DNA of 64,000 nucleotides, from contig JAHYIR010000009.1 in the NCBI GenBank assembly GCA_019429305.1, positions 1,837-65,836 on the forward strand, written 5' to 3'. Below the pieces are notes generated by a model. The model made no database searches. It was not told the DNA's origin and saw only the letters and a program-made list of their open reading frames with translations. The position numbers were made by a program, and so were the translations under genes. Origin of the DNA: Candidatus Cloacimonadota bacterium (GTDB taxonomy: Bacteria > Cloacimonadota > Cloacimonadia > Cloacimonadales > JAJBBL01). Numbering within the stretch: the stretch's first letter is position 1; each line of letters opens with the position of its first letter. Below, piece by piece: positions 9,601 through 20,282 of the stretch.

Positions 9601-10106
9601 ATGATGGAGATATTATTTTTCAGTATCACACTGTCTGGAACCAGAATCATACCCGTAATTATTCAACAACAGGTATTATGAACCACACCAGATTCGTAGG
9701 TTTACAGTATGCCTATGCTAATCATTATCCTCTTTCAGCTACGCCAATACAGGCAGGTTTAGCTATACGCTTTACAACTTCTGCACCAGACGAATATTAT
9801 TCTACAGATGATTTGATCAATCCCAATCTTGGATTAACTCTCTTCCAAAATTACCCGAATCCTTTCAACCCCGAAACAGTTATTGAGTTCTCTTTACCCA
9901 ATAGAAGCTTCGTTACTCTTGATGTTTACAACATCCTCGGGCAGAAAGTAAAAACTCTCGTTGATAGAGAATTAGATTTCGGACTACATAGATTTGTCTG
10001 GAATGGAACAGATCATTCAGGAAAAAGTGTAGGTAGTGGAGTCTATCTCTATAGGTTATCTACTCCGGATGAAACAGAAGTACGTCGTATGATCCTGATC
10101 AAGTAA
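6630..10106 (+). CDS. Peptidase C25 (gingipain-like) family protein with T9SS-type C-terminal domain; the catalytic His position is occupied by Trp
   Basis: Signal peptide is MLKHILMLLSVILVFSLSA. It aligns by eye with gingipain RgpB across the catalytic domain (YLLLIGG, EVMVGRFS, YINYRGWGDANGW versus ANYTGHGSETAW, SSFVCNTGDF versus FDVACVNGDF, ADPSL). The C-terminus is NYPNPFNPETVIEFSL...GVYLYRL...ILIK. Confidence 0.85.
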   Translation: MLKHILMLLSVILVFSLSAIHQDIIQTSQSSVNIQISTNREEINEETISHTVALLAEDAHIEINSMQIATYNSNGDLIERDSVIDSDRVRLINQFTMREMYGFTSAVELVKEESNFKSVIEELNYNIVGTGNRTIPEEISEAFYPVYKSLALNFDSSYLVNLPFKQPAMMIISHDSAQITNTLEPFIRWKRATGMEITVVNRTDIGANPTNNMIRNYVINYYQTTDNKPEYLLLIGGARTGASLPIPTFYTGAANNANDLPYGLIEGDDYFPEVMVGRFSVNNSYQLATIVNKTVAYEKEPFMDETEWMERAIVIAGNYASTLPIPITPVLMSKWLVELLYESGYTEVDTVFWYPGSSSLTQPVIDAVNRSGQYINYRGWGDANGWHYPLFHINHLANTNAGRKSPVVSSFVCNTGDFINSNVNPCFGEYWMTMGTPTTPNGAVGFVGPSDLHTSTEYNNAIASGYHWGIQREGIRSFGAAILRGKMEIYNGYPNNLDPGDWVDFYFRVYNTLADPSLNLWKLIPYHMNLTLPTQIDQGTNYLEFDAPNLTGGYVTITRDEENFITHRIENDYAFIPLNPDEEGDIILTVTAKNYLPTIQTIEITSSNNITLLEYDFAGTAIYPGETITLNTTLKNYSNNNVADVSATLSSNFEDFITITEETVNYGDISAGGTASGSFEFEIAGNCPHHTVLQFTLNISPTGDVAKLQVLVVGIHIEVDGFVINSPNSILDPGETATIDVTISNHGISDLLNLSTVIEPYTDAVYISEDMVNIGDISAGESSTFSFEVVVHDDTYVGREAYFKLNFFDADGRFTYAFINTTIGEVTNTAPTGPCYYGYYAFDSYDTDYSQAPLYNWVDIDPDNGGPGTAVWLPDDGTMTMDMPFTFRYYGIDYNEISICSNGWITFIPTEEINFRNWPIPSAIVPKGIIAPYWDDLKGLDEVDNELRVAYYHDEINNRMIISWLDAYSVANLTPSGLEKIQVILEPKADDDGDIIFQYHTVWNQNHTRNYSTTGIMNHTRFVGLQYAYANHYPLSATPIQAGLAIRFTTSAPDEYYSTDDLINPNLGLTLFQNYPNPFNPETVIEFSLPNRSFVTLDVYNILGQKVKTLVDRELDFGLHRFVWNGTDHSGKSVGSGVYLYRLSTPDETEVRRMILIK

Positions 10107-10123
10107 AGAAAATATATGTTAAT

Positions 10124-10190
10124 ACAGATGTTGCTGATATTCTTGGATAACATTCCTCTTCAAGATATCAGTGACATCTGTTTTTTCTTT
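10124..10190 (+). terminator. Rho-independent terminator after the C25 gene
   Basis: Long imperfect hairpin ACAGATGTtgCTGATATtCTTG ... CAAGATATCAGtgACATCTGT, followed by TTTTTTC. It starts 18 nt after the stop at 10106. Confidence 0.7.
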
Positions 10191-10210
10191 TAAAAGGAAA
10201 TTCTTGAGAA

Positions 10211-10693
10211 GTGAAAAAGAGGTATCGTGTGAGATTGATGTTATTTATGTTACTAATTATTCTGATATTATCTGCCTGTGTTCCGGCTGATAGATATACT
10301 ACCAATACGAGGACAACCCCTAGGAGCAGGTACTACCAGACTGCCAGAACTACTGATTCATTCCCACCTTCGGGAGAAGTATACCGTGTAGGTTCGACAT
10401 TTAGATGGTTAACTTCATATTACGGTGAAGAATTTCATGGGAAACAAACTGCTAATGGCGAAATATTCAATATGAATGGTTTAACATGTGCACACAGAGA
10501 ACTCCCTTTTGATACTTTACTGAAAGTTACAAATCCTATTACTGACCAGTCAGTAACAGTCAGAGTCAATGATCGTGGACCTTTTGTGAAAGGTCGTGAT
10601 CTCGACTTAGCTCAAGGAGCTGCCCAGAGAATAGGATTGATTGATAGAGGGGTGAAAGAGCTACTTATTGAAATTCTGACTATGCCTGAATAA
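10211..10693 (+). CDS. rlpA: Septal ring lytic transglycosylase RlpA-family lipoprotein (DPBB domain)
   Basis: GTG start with a lipobox-like ILILSAC. The DPBB core is SYYGEEFHGKQTANGEIFNMNGLTCAHRELPFDTLLKVTN...VTVRVNDRGPFVKGRDLDLAQGAA. Confidence 0.85.
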   Translation: MKKRYRVRLMLFMLLIILILSACVPADRYTTNTRTTPRSRYYQTARTTDSFPPSGEVYRVGSTFRWLTSYYGEEFHGKQTANGEIFNMNGLTCAHRELPFDTLLKVTNPITDQSVTVRVNDRGPFVKGRDLDLAQGAAQRIGLIDRGVKELLIEILTMPE

Positions 10694-10920
10694 CATGACC
10701 CCTCATCACTTGAGGCAATAAATACGAGAGAACCATTGCCACTATTAGTATGAAATAAATAGCAGAACACTCATGATGACACTGTATCGTTAATTAATGA
10801 GATTTCACCGCAAGATACTGTATTGCAATTATTCCCCTAATCCCTAAAACCTAACACCTAAAACCAAATTTTATATCCGTATCAATCCTCTTTTTCTGTC
10901 AAATCCGTGTTCTATTCATT

Positions 10921-10945
10921 AAAAAGGGCGGTTCGTGAACCGCCC
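10921..10945 (-). terminator. Rho-independent terminator for the minus-strand lipoprotein/TPR operon
   Basis: On the minus strand GGGCGGTTCACGAACCGCCC is followed by TTTTT. The stem is 10926-10934 / 10938-10945 and lies 50 nt after the stop at 10996. Confidence 0.7.
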
Positions 10946-10995
10946 CTACAATGTCTTTTCTTTCCTTGCCCTCTGTGCCTCCGTGGTTAATTGTT

Positions 10996-11691
10996 TTACC
11001 TGATCGTAATAGTTAGATTCTCATTCACATTAGGACAGATATCTAACGACGCAGTAATAAGAGCTATAGTTATTTCCTCGTCAGCATAATAAGTATTATG
11101 AGCAAAGCCATTTTCATCTGTTTGAACACTGTTGTACTCAAAAGATCCCGCAGTAGCAGAGAAACTGATTGTCAGATCAGCAATATAACCAGACTGATCT
11201 GCAAGCTGAATAAATAGTTCTGTTTCTCCATTGGGACTAAGAGTAGTACTTTCAGCTTCGAAAGTTTCTATGCCCGGCAAATCAAGTAAGTATATAATTG
11301 CTTCACCACGCACTGAAGGGAAAACTTCCATTGAAGCCGATATGGTGGTTGCTCCAAGTGCGGTTTCATATGCTATAAATCTTCCAATAGCAATGCCTTG
11401 GGTATTAGTGATTACAAATTGAGAAGTTCCATCGCCGACAAATAGACCTTGGCTTTCATCAAAATCAATAAATATCTTTGTTTCGGAGATAAAACTGGGA
11501 GTACCTTCTAATTTGAATGTTATATCTGTGTAATTGATCTCACAGTCAATTCCTTCGCCATAAAGATAATTATTTTCAACCAATATCTCCATAACCGGTT
11601 TCACACCTTCTCTTTCATCACAAGATGTAAGGAAGAAGAGAAGGCCAACTGAACATATTATGAGTATTATTTTCTTCATAGTTCTGCTCAC
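10996..11691 (-). CDS. Lipoprotein with bacterial Ig-like (Big_1/invasin-like) domain
   Basis: Signal peptide and lipobox are MKKIILIICSVGLLFFLTSC. The C-terminal half resembles Big_1 (ETELFIQLADQSGYIADLTISFSATAGSFEYNSVQTDENGFAHNTYYAD). The start overlaps the upstream TPR gene stop by 4 nt. Confidence 0.6.
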   Translation of the reverse strand: MSRTMKKIILIICSVGLLFFLTSCDEREGVKPVMEILVENNYLYGEGIDCEINYTDITFKLEGTPSFISETKIFIDFDESQGLFVGDGTSQFVITNTQGIAIGRFIAYETALGATTISASMEVFPSVRGEAIIYLLDLPGIETFEAESTTLSPNGETELFIQLADQSGYIADLTISFSATAGSFEYNSVQTDENGFAHNTYYADEEITIALITASLDICPNVNENLTITIR

Positions 11692-12677
11692 ATGGAATCG
11701 ATACTTTCAATATATCGTCGGGCAGTTGCTCCAAGCCGTCTGTCGTTTTGAATTTTGGCGAATTCAGTCCGGGCTTCAGAGAATCTTTCTTCTTCAAAAA
11801 GGATCAAAGCTCTGTAGTAAATAGCATTACTATTTTGAGGATCATCTCTCAGTAATTGATTAATTTTTTCATTAGCATTAAGAAAATCTCCCCGATCGTA
11901 ATATTTTGATAAGAGCAACAGGGTGATGTCACGGTTAAATCTAAGACGATTTGATCGTTCATAATACTCGATTGATTTCAACTCATCTCCGGTATCTTCA
12001 TAGAATTTTCCCATATTACGGTAAATATTAACTAAAATACTCTCTGATGGTTCAGTGGCTATGAAGTCTTCATAAGCAGCAATAGCTGCTTCAGGGTTAC
12101 CTGTACGGTAGTGAAGTAATGCAACATTCTGCAGAACATCAGCGTCCTGTCTGATCTCAAATGCCTTATTATACCAATGAAGAGCATTAACATCATCTTC
12201 TATAGATGTATATAAACGACCAAGGGTTCTCCTGACCACGAAATTAGGAACTCTGTTATCAAAACTCTCTAAAGCTTCGATCGCTCTTTGCGGATTATTT
12301 AAATCCCGTTCGTAAATTTGGGCGATTTGTCGAACATAAACATCATTTTGTGGTTCTAATGTTAGCCGTTTATTGATCGCTCTTATTGTATTTTCGTAGT
12401 CCTGAGCTTGATAGTAAGCAGTTTGCATGTTAGCTAACATCTGTCCAATCTTGTCTTGTAAAGGGATATTATCTTCCTCTTCTGCTCTGGTGAAATATTC
12501 AAAAGCTTCCTCATATTTTGCTGCTGCTTCATTAAATCTATTCATACTGTAGAGAGAATCAGCTTCAACAGCTGCTTCATTTCCGAGTCTTTCTAAAGGC
12601 TTATCCGGATCAGCCGTTAAAAATGTAGATGTTAATAACAGCACAACGAATAATGATATTAGAATATGTAACTTCAT
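11688..12677 (-). CDS. Secreted tetratricopeptide-repeat (TPR) protein
   Basis: A signal peptide is followed by repeated A..Y..A...P.N TPR-like units (ALHWYNKAFEIRQDADVLQNVALLHYRTGNPEAAIAAYEDFIATEP). Confidence 0.7.
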   Translation of the reverse strand: MKLHILISLFVVLLLTSTFLTADPDKPLERLGNEAAVEADSLYSMNRFNEAAAKYEEAFEYFTRAEEEDNIPLQDKIGQMLANMQTAYYQAQDYENTIRAINKRLTLEPQNDVYVRQIAQIYERDLNNPQRAIEALESFDNRVPNFVVRRTLGRLYTSIEDDVNALHWYNKAFEIRQDADVLQNVALLHYRTGNPEAAIAAYEDFIATEPSESILVNIYRNMGKFYEDTGDELKSIEYYERSNRLRFNRDITLLLLSKYYDRGDFLNANEKINQLLRDDPQNSNAIYYRALILFEEERFSEARTEFAKIQNDRRLGATARRYIESIDSM

Positions 12678-12832
12678 TATCTCCTCCCGTAGTTCTTATC
12701 TGTTCTTTTTTATTTTAATATGGACATTTGTCAACTACTTAATTCATATCTCCTTTGTGATGAATCAGTTACTTAACCATCACTTTATTTTATAACGTAT
12801 AACACATAATCTTGTTCCATATTACGTATTTT

Positions 12833-15230
<2,398 letters not shown>

Positions 15231-15442
15231 TCAAGATTTAAGGTTGACTTTACGTTTTGGTTTAGTCTACTTGCAAGATTAATTACTTATCTCATTTTTA
15301 GGTTATTCTTAGAAACAATTACATGAAATCTATTGAAGATATACTCTTGTTAGTAAACTTTATCGAAGCTTTTCCTTGACAATCATTAAGTGCAAAACTG
15401 TTGATAAACAAAAAATTTAACACAAATGTCTTTAAGGAGACA

Positions 15443-16804
15443 ATGATGTCCAAGATTTTGATCATCGATGATGATATCGAGATAGTTGGAGTTTTAGAGA
15501 ATATAATTGAGCAAAGCATTCCTAATTCTACTATTTATTCGTCTTTAGATGGATTAGTTGGCATGCAGATGATTAGAAAACATGAACCAGATTTGATCAT
15601 CTTAGATATCAATTTGCCTTCAGTTAGTGGCCATACAGTTTGTCGCACATTGAAATCTGATCCTTTGCTCAAGAACATCCCGATTTTGATTATTACGGGG
15701 GAGAGTTCTAATCTCAATGCTAAAGTAAAGAGTTTAGAACAGGGAGCAGAAGCTTTTCTGAAAAAACCTTTTGATATTCCTGAATTTATTGCTCAAGTTC
15801 AGTCATTGTTAAGACTGAAAGAAGCGGAAGACATAATACGAAAAGAACGCGATCTTTTAAAGATTGACGTTAAGTTGAAAGAGAAGGAATTGGAGCAGCA
15901 TTTTCAACATATTGAGCTTCTTTTCCGAGCTTTTATTGAAGTGATGGCAACATCTATTGATGCTTTGTCCATTTACAATTATGAAAGCACTCAAAGAGTA
16001 GCTGAGATGGTTAAGAATTTTCTTGTATTCATTAGTAAAGATAGTCCGGATAAATATCATCAACTTAGTCAGGATAATGAACGTCAAGAGAATCTAATTA
16101 TGGCTGCTTGGTTACATGATATCGGTAAGATAACAGTTCCATTGAGGTTAATGAATAAATTTACCAGATTAGGTGATCGCTTCCCAGAAGTAATTCAAAA
16201 GTTGGATGCGGTATATTATTATTTGAAATCAATAGATGCTGATTCCGCTTTGATAAGTAAATGTATAAAGGCATCAGAGTTAGTAAAACGGCTAAATGAT
16301 CCACAAAACAAAGTAAAAGAGAGTGATATCAAATTGTTAAAAGAATATGCTAATTTGTCCTATGTTGATCCGGCAGATGAAAAAAAACAGTGGTTAACAG
16401 ATCAAGAAGTAGAATCTCTCAGTATTAAACAGGGTACTCTGACCGAAAGTGAGCGAAAAGAGATTGAGAATCACGTTCGATTAACTGACCTGTTACTAAG
16501 TAAAATACCTTTTTCTCCTGATAAGCTCGAAATCCGTAAATGGTGTAATGATCATCATGAATTGCTTGATGGCTCGGGATACTATCAGGGTCTGAAAGGA
16601 GATGAAATATCTACAGAAACAAGAATATTGACTATTATTGATATATTCGAGGCGTTGATTTCTAATGAACGACCTTATAAAAAACACCGAACAATTGAAG
16701 AAGCTCTCATGGAGTTGGAGAAGATGGCCAGTAATGGTAAATTAGACTCTGAATTAGTCATGTTATTTAAAAAAAGTAAGGCATGGGAAATAACCGATGA
16801 ATAA
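15443..16804 (+). CDS. Response regulator (REC domain) fused to an HD-GYP-type phosphohydrolase domain
   Basis: The ATG at 15443 (or 15446) follows AGGAG at 15435-15439. The REC domain reads KILIIDDD...DLIILDINLP...KP. The HD-GYP domain has WLHDIGK and HHELLDGSGYYQG, a GYY variant of GYP. Confidence 0.8.
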   Translation: MMSKILIIDDDIEIVGVLENIIEQSIPNSTIYSSLDGLVGMQMIRKHEPDLIILDINLPSVSGHTVCRTLKSDPLLKNIPILIITGESSNLNAKVKSLEQGAEAFLKKPFDIPEFIAQVQSLLRLKEAEDIIRKERDLLKIDVKLKEKELEQHFQHIELLFRAFIEVMATSIDALSIYNYESTQRVAEMVKNFLVFISKDSPDKYHQLSQDNERQENLIMAAWLHDIGKITVPLRLMNKFTRLGDRFPEVIQKLDAVYYYLKSIDADSALISKCIKASELVKRLNDPQNKVKESDIKLLKEYANLSYVDPADEKKQWLTDQEVESLSIKQGTLTESERKEIENHVRLTDLLLSKIPFSPDKLEIRKWCNDHHELLDGSGYYQGLKGDEISTETRILTIIDIFEALISNERPYKKHRTIEEALMELEKMASNGKLDSELVMLFKKSKAWEITDE

Positions 16805-18215
16805 AGAAAAGAAGAAAACAGATTACCGAAAGATCCCTTCAGTAAACCGGATTATACTTTCTGATATTTTGTCTGATTATCGAACCAAGATTAGAGCTCC
16901 GATTTTAAAGAGGATTGTTAGTTCTAAACTTGAACAAATACGTGAAGAGATAGTTAAAGGTAACTTAGTACCAGAAGAAACAACTATTGTAAAAGAGATT
17001 AAAGAACATATTAATAAACTCTTGCGTTCATCTCTAAGTCCTGTAATTAATGCAACCGGTGTCATTTTGCATACAAATTTAGGACGAGCACCATTTGATG
17101 ATAAGATCTTGACTGAGATAATTCCCGTACTAAATGGATACAGTAATCTGGAATTTAATCTCTTAACAGCTCAGCGTGGCAGTAGAAATGTACATCTTAA
17201 TGAGCTGTTAAAAGTGCTCTTGAACTGTGAAAATAGTGTTGTGGTAAATAATAATGCAGCTGCATTAATGCTCACATTGAGAACTTTAGCTGCTGACAAA
17301 GAGGTTATAATCTCGAGGGGTGAATTAGTTGAAATAGGTGGTAGTTTTAGGATCCCTGAAATAATAGAAGCAAGTGGAGCTAAGTTGATCGAAGTAGGTA
17401 CTACGAATAGAACTCGGCTCAGTGATTATGAGAAAGCAATCACCGAAAATACAGCCCTCTATCTCAAAGTACACAAATCAAATTACTATATGTATGGATT
17501 TACGGAAGAAGTTTCTCTAAAAGAGCTTTCTAAATCAGCAAAAAAAAATCATCTTAATTTGATATATGATTTAGGTACCGGTCTCATAGACAGGCAATTG
17601 TATAAGGGTATGGAGAATGAACCAGATGCTTTGAATGGTTTGCAGGATGGAGCTGATGTTATAACTTTCAGTTGCGATAAATTACTGGGAGGAGCTCAAG
17701 CTGGTATAATTGCTGGCAGGAATAAATTTATTCAACCCATATCGAAACATCCTATGATGCGGGCATTAAGAGTCGATAAGTTGACTATAAGTCTCTTAAA
17801 TAAGGTTCTGATATCATTCCTTCATGAAAAATCTTTTATCGAGGAGTATAATCCGGTTTTTCGCTATATAAACCGTGAAATGGAAGAGATTGAAACACTA
17901 GCAAAAGCTCTCACCAGTAAACTTAAAAGTCGATATCTTGATGTTACTATCCTTGATAGTAAAGCTCAATGTGGTGGTGGAACTCTTCCATATCATTTTA
18001 TTGATAGCAAGATAGTAAAGATAACTCCAAAAGGTTGTCCAGCGAGTGTTAAAAAAAGTTTTGCAGAGAATTTGTATCATAAATTGTTAACCTCTGATGT
18101 CCCAGTATTAGGTATTTTAAGGGAAGGAACATTAATGTTTGATGTCTTAGCTCTGGAAAATAAGGATATAGAATTAATAGGTAAAAGTGTAAAACAGTTG
18201 ATACCATTTTGGTAG
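16797..18215 (+). CDS. selA: L-seryl-tRNA(Sec) selenium transferase
   Basis: Strong collinearity with E. coli SelA: PVINATGVILHTNLGRA, VVNNNAAALML, ISRGELVEIGGSFRIPE, EVGTTNRT, the PLP-lysine region FSCDKLLGGAQAGIIAG, and RALRVDKLT. The start overlaps the upstream stop by 8 nt. Confidence 0.95.
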   Translation: MNKEKKKTDYRKIPSVNRIILSDILSDYRTKIRAPILKRIVSSKLEQIREEIVKGNLVPEETTIVKEIKEHINKLLRSSLSPVINATGVILHTNLGRAPFDDKILTEIIPVLNGYSNLEFNLLTAQRGSRNVHLNELLKVLLNCENSVVVNNNAAALMLTLRTLAADKEVIISRGELVEIGGSFRIPEIIEASGAKLIEVGTTNRTRLSDYEKAITENTALYLKVHKSNYYMYGFTEEVSLKELSKSAKKNHLNLIYDLGTGLIDRQLYKGMENEPDALNGLQDGADVITFSCDKLLGGAQAGIIAGRNKFIQPISKHPMMRALRVDKLTISLLNKVLISFLHEKSFIEEYNPVFRYINREMEEIETLAKALTSKLKSRYLDVTILDSKAQCGGGTLPYHFIDSKIVKITPKGCPASVKKSFAENLYHKLLTSDVPVLGILREGTLMFDVLALENKDIELIGKSVKQLIPFW

Positions 18216-18281
18216 AATGAAGAACAGAGTCATTGTTCTTAAGTTTTTTGACAGTTAGATACTTTTATAGCGAGTGATAAA

Positions 18282-20225
18282 ATGAAACATCTTATCATGG
18301 GTACTGCTGGACATATTGATCATGGCAAAACAACTCTGATCAAACAATTGACCGGCTATGACTGTGATACTCACAAAGAAGAGAAAGAACGTGGCATAAC
18401 GATCTATCTGGGCTTTAGCCATTATACATTGTCGAACGGCAATACTATCGGAATTGTTGATGTACCCGGACATAGCGATTTCATCAATACAATGATAGCT
18501 GGTGCATCCGGAATTGATTTTGTTTTGCTGGTTATAGCGGCTGATGCCGGTATAATGCCACAAACCTTAGAGCATCTCCGGATCATGGGTATGCTGGGTA
18601 TTAAAAAAGGGATGATCGTCATCACTAAAACTGATTTGGTTGAACACGAGTATCTGCAGCTGATAACAGAAGATGTAGCTGAATTAGTAAAGGGGACATT
18701 TTTGGAGAAGTCTCCTATAATCAATTTTTCTGCAGTTACAGGTGAGGGATTACCAGAGATCATTGCAGCTCTTGAGGGAATTGAAAGTGAGATACTACCA
18801 CGACCCAATGACGAAGTTTTCCGATTGTATATTGATAGAGTGTTTAATATAACTGGTTTTGGTACAGTAGTAACCGGAACAGTACAAAGTGGTCACATCA
18901 ACAAAGATAGCAAACTTTATCTGCTACCTAAAGCAGAAAAAGTTAGGATCCGCAGATTAGAAAGATATGGTAAAGAAGTATCTGAGTTAACAGCAGGAGA
19001 TCGAGGGTCTATCAATTTAGCCGGTATTGATCGAAGCAAGATCACTAGGGGGATGTTAGTTACCGATAGAGTTTTGCAGGACACAAAATTAGTCGATGTA
19101 AAACTCTCTTTATTCCCGGAGGGGGGAGAGCTACCTTTGTGGTCGCAATGTATTTTCTTACACGGAACAGAGCAGTTTGAAGTAAGAGTTCATCTTCTGG
19201 ATACTGATAAACTTCAATCGGGTAATGAGTCAATAGCTCAGATACATTTCAAAAACTCACTCTATGCTTGTTATGGTGATAGATTTGTTATCAGAAACAG
19301 TTCTGCCGATAAGACAATTGGTGGGGGAGAGATAATTGATGTTAAACCGTTACATCATCGCCGTAGAACTGCTAAACTCTTATCTAATCTACAACGGATC
19401 CTATTAGGTAATTTAGAGGAGCTAATTGCTGCTGAAGTAAGGAAAAACGTCAATCCTTTATCTATAGAGTATTTAGCCGGTACATTTAACAAACCGGTTT
19501 CCGAATTACTCAAAATCGTAGATTCTTCTCTGCCGGAAGATATAGTAGTAGTAAGTTCTCAAGATGAGCTGTTTCTTCAAGAACAAAAAAGGTATATAAA
19601 AACAAGAAACAAGATCATTAACAATCTCACAACCTATCATAAGAATAATCCATTAGAAGAAACTGGTAGAAGTTTTGACGAGTTAATGGGTCTTTATGGA
19701 AAAGATAGAGATGAGGGTCTAGAAAAATATATAGAAATTGTTTTAGCTGATTTAGTGTCTCAGAAACAGTTAAAGAAAGTTGATAACACGTGGACTTTAT
19801 ATACTCATAATGTCAAATTTAGTGAAGAACTGGCAAATCAAGTGTACTTTGTTGAAAACTACCTACTCGATTCAGGAATGAAGACCCCTCTAATGTCTGA
19901 ACTATTACCGGCAGCGGAGAAGAAGGGTATAGATGAAAAATTACTTTATCAGATCCTCAAGCTCCTAGTTTATAGAAAAAAAGCTTACCGGATAGAAGAT
20001 AATTATATTCATAGTGATATCGTAGATAAATGCCGTATCAAGTTGTTAGAGAGTTTGTTGAATAAAAAAGAGGGAATTACAGTTGCTGAATACAGAGATA
20101 TCATTTCCGGTAACAGGAAAATTTGTTTATTGCTGTTAGCTCGCTTCGATGGTGAGGGGATAACTATCCGTAAGGGAGATTATCGGATCATAACTGAAAA
20201 AGGTCGCAAGTTACTGTTTAGTTAA
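18282..20225 (+). CDS. selB: Selenocysteine-specific translation elongation factor
   Basis: The N-terminal GTPase has GTAGHIDHGKTTL, DVPGH and TKTD. A long winged-helix C-terminal extension typical of SelB follows. It sits next to selA. Confidence 0.9.
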   Translation: MKHLIMGTAGHIDHGKTTLIKQLTGYDCDTHKEEKERGITIYLGFSHYTLSNGNTIGIVDVPGHSDFINTMIAGASGIDFVLLVIAADAGIMPQTLEHLRIMGMLGIKKGMIVITKTDLVEHEYLQLITEDVAELVKGTFLEKSPIINFSAVTGEGLPEIIAALEGIESEILPRPNDEVFRLYIDRVFNITGFGTVVTGTVQSGHINKDSKLYLLPKAEKVRIRRLERYGKEVSELTAGDRGSINLAGIDRSKITRGMLVTDRVLQDTKLVDVKLSLFPEGGELPLWSQCIFLHGTEQFEVRVHLLDTDKLQSGNESIAQIHFKNSLYACYGDRFVIRNSSADKTIGGGEIIDVKPLHHRRRTAKLLSNLQRILLGNLEELIAAEVRKNVNPLSIEYLAGTFNKPVSELLKIVDSSLPEDIVVVSSQDELFLQEQKRYIKTRNKIINNLTTYHKNNPLEETGRSFDELMGLYGKDRDEGLEKYIEIVLADLVSQKQLKKVDNTWTLYTHNVKFSEELANQVYFVENYLLDSGMKTPLMSELLPAAEKKGIDEKLLYQILKLLVYRKKAYRIEDNYIHSDIVDKCRIKLLESLLNKKEGITVAEYRDIISGNRKICLLLLARFDGEGITIRKGDYRIITEKGRKLLFS

Positions 20226-20282
20226 CTCAGCATTAAATTGGTTTTTTATTATATTAAGTCAGTTGAGATCTTCTTCGATACT

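Noticed and set aside
10843-10875. CCCTAA/CCTAA telomere-like run
   Set aside because: It is only about 30 nt long, imperfect, and internal to a bacterial intergenic spacer. I treat it as low-complexity sequence (noted under the spacer finding), not a telomeric or CRISPR-like repeat.
18216-20282. Looked for tRNA-Sec (selC) flanking selA/selB
   Set aside because: The flanking spacers (66 nt and 57 nt) are too short and show no cloverleaf-compatible sequence. No tRNA-like GGTTCGA(A/T)TCC box occurs outside the tmRNA.
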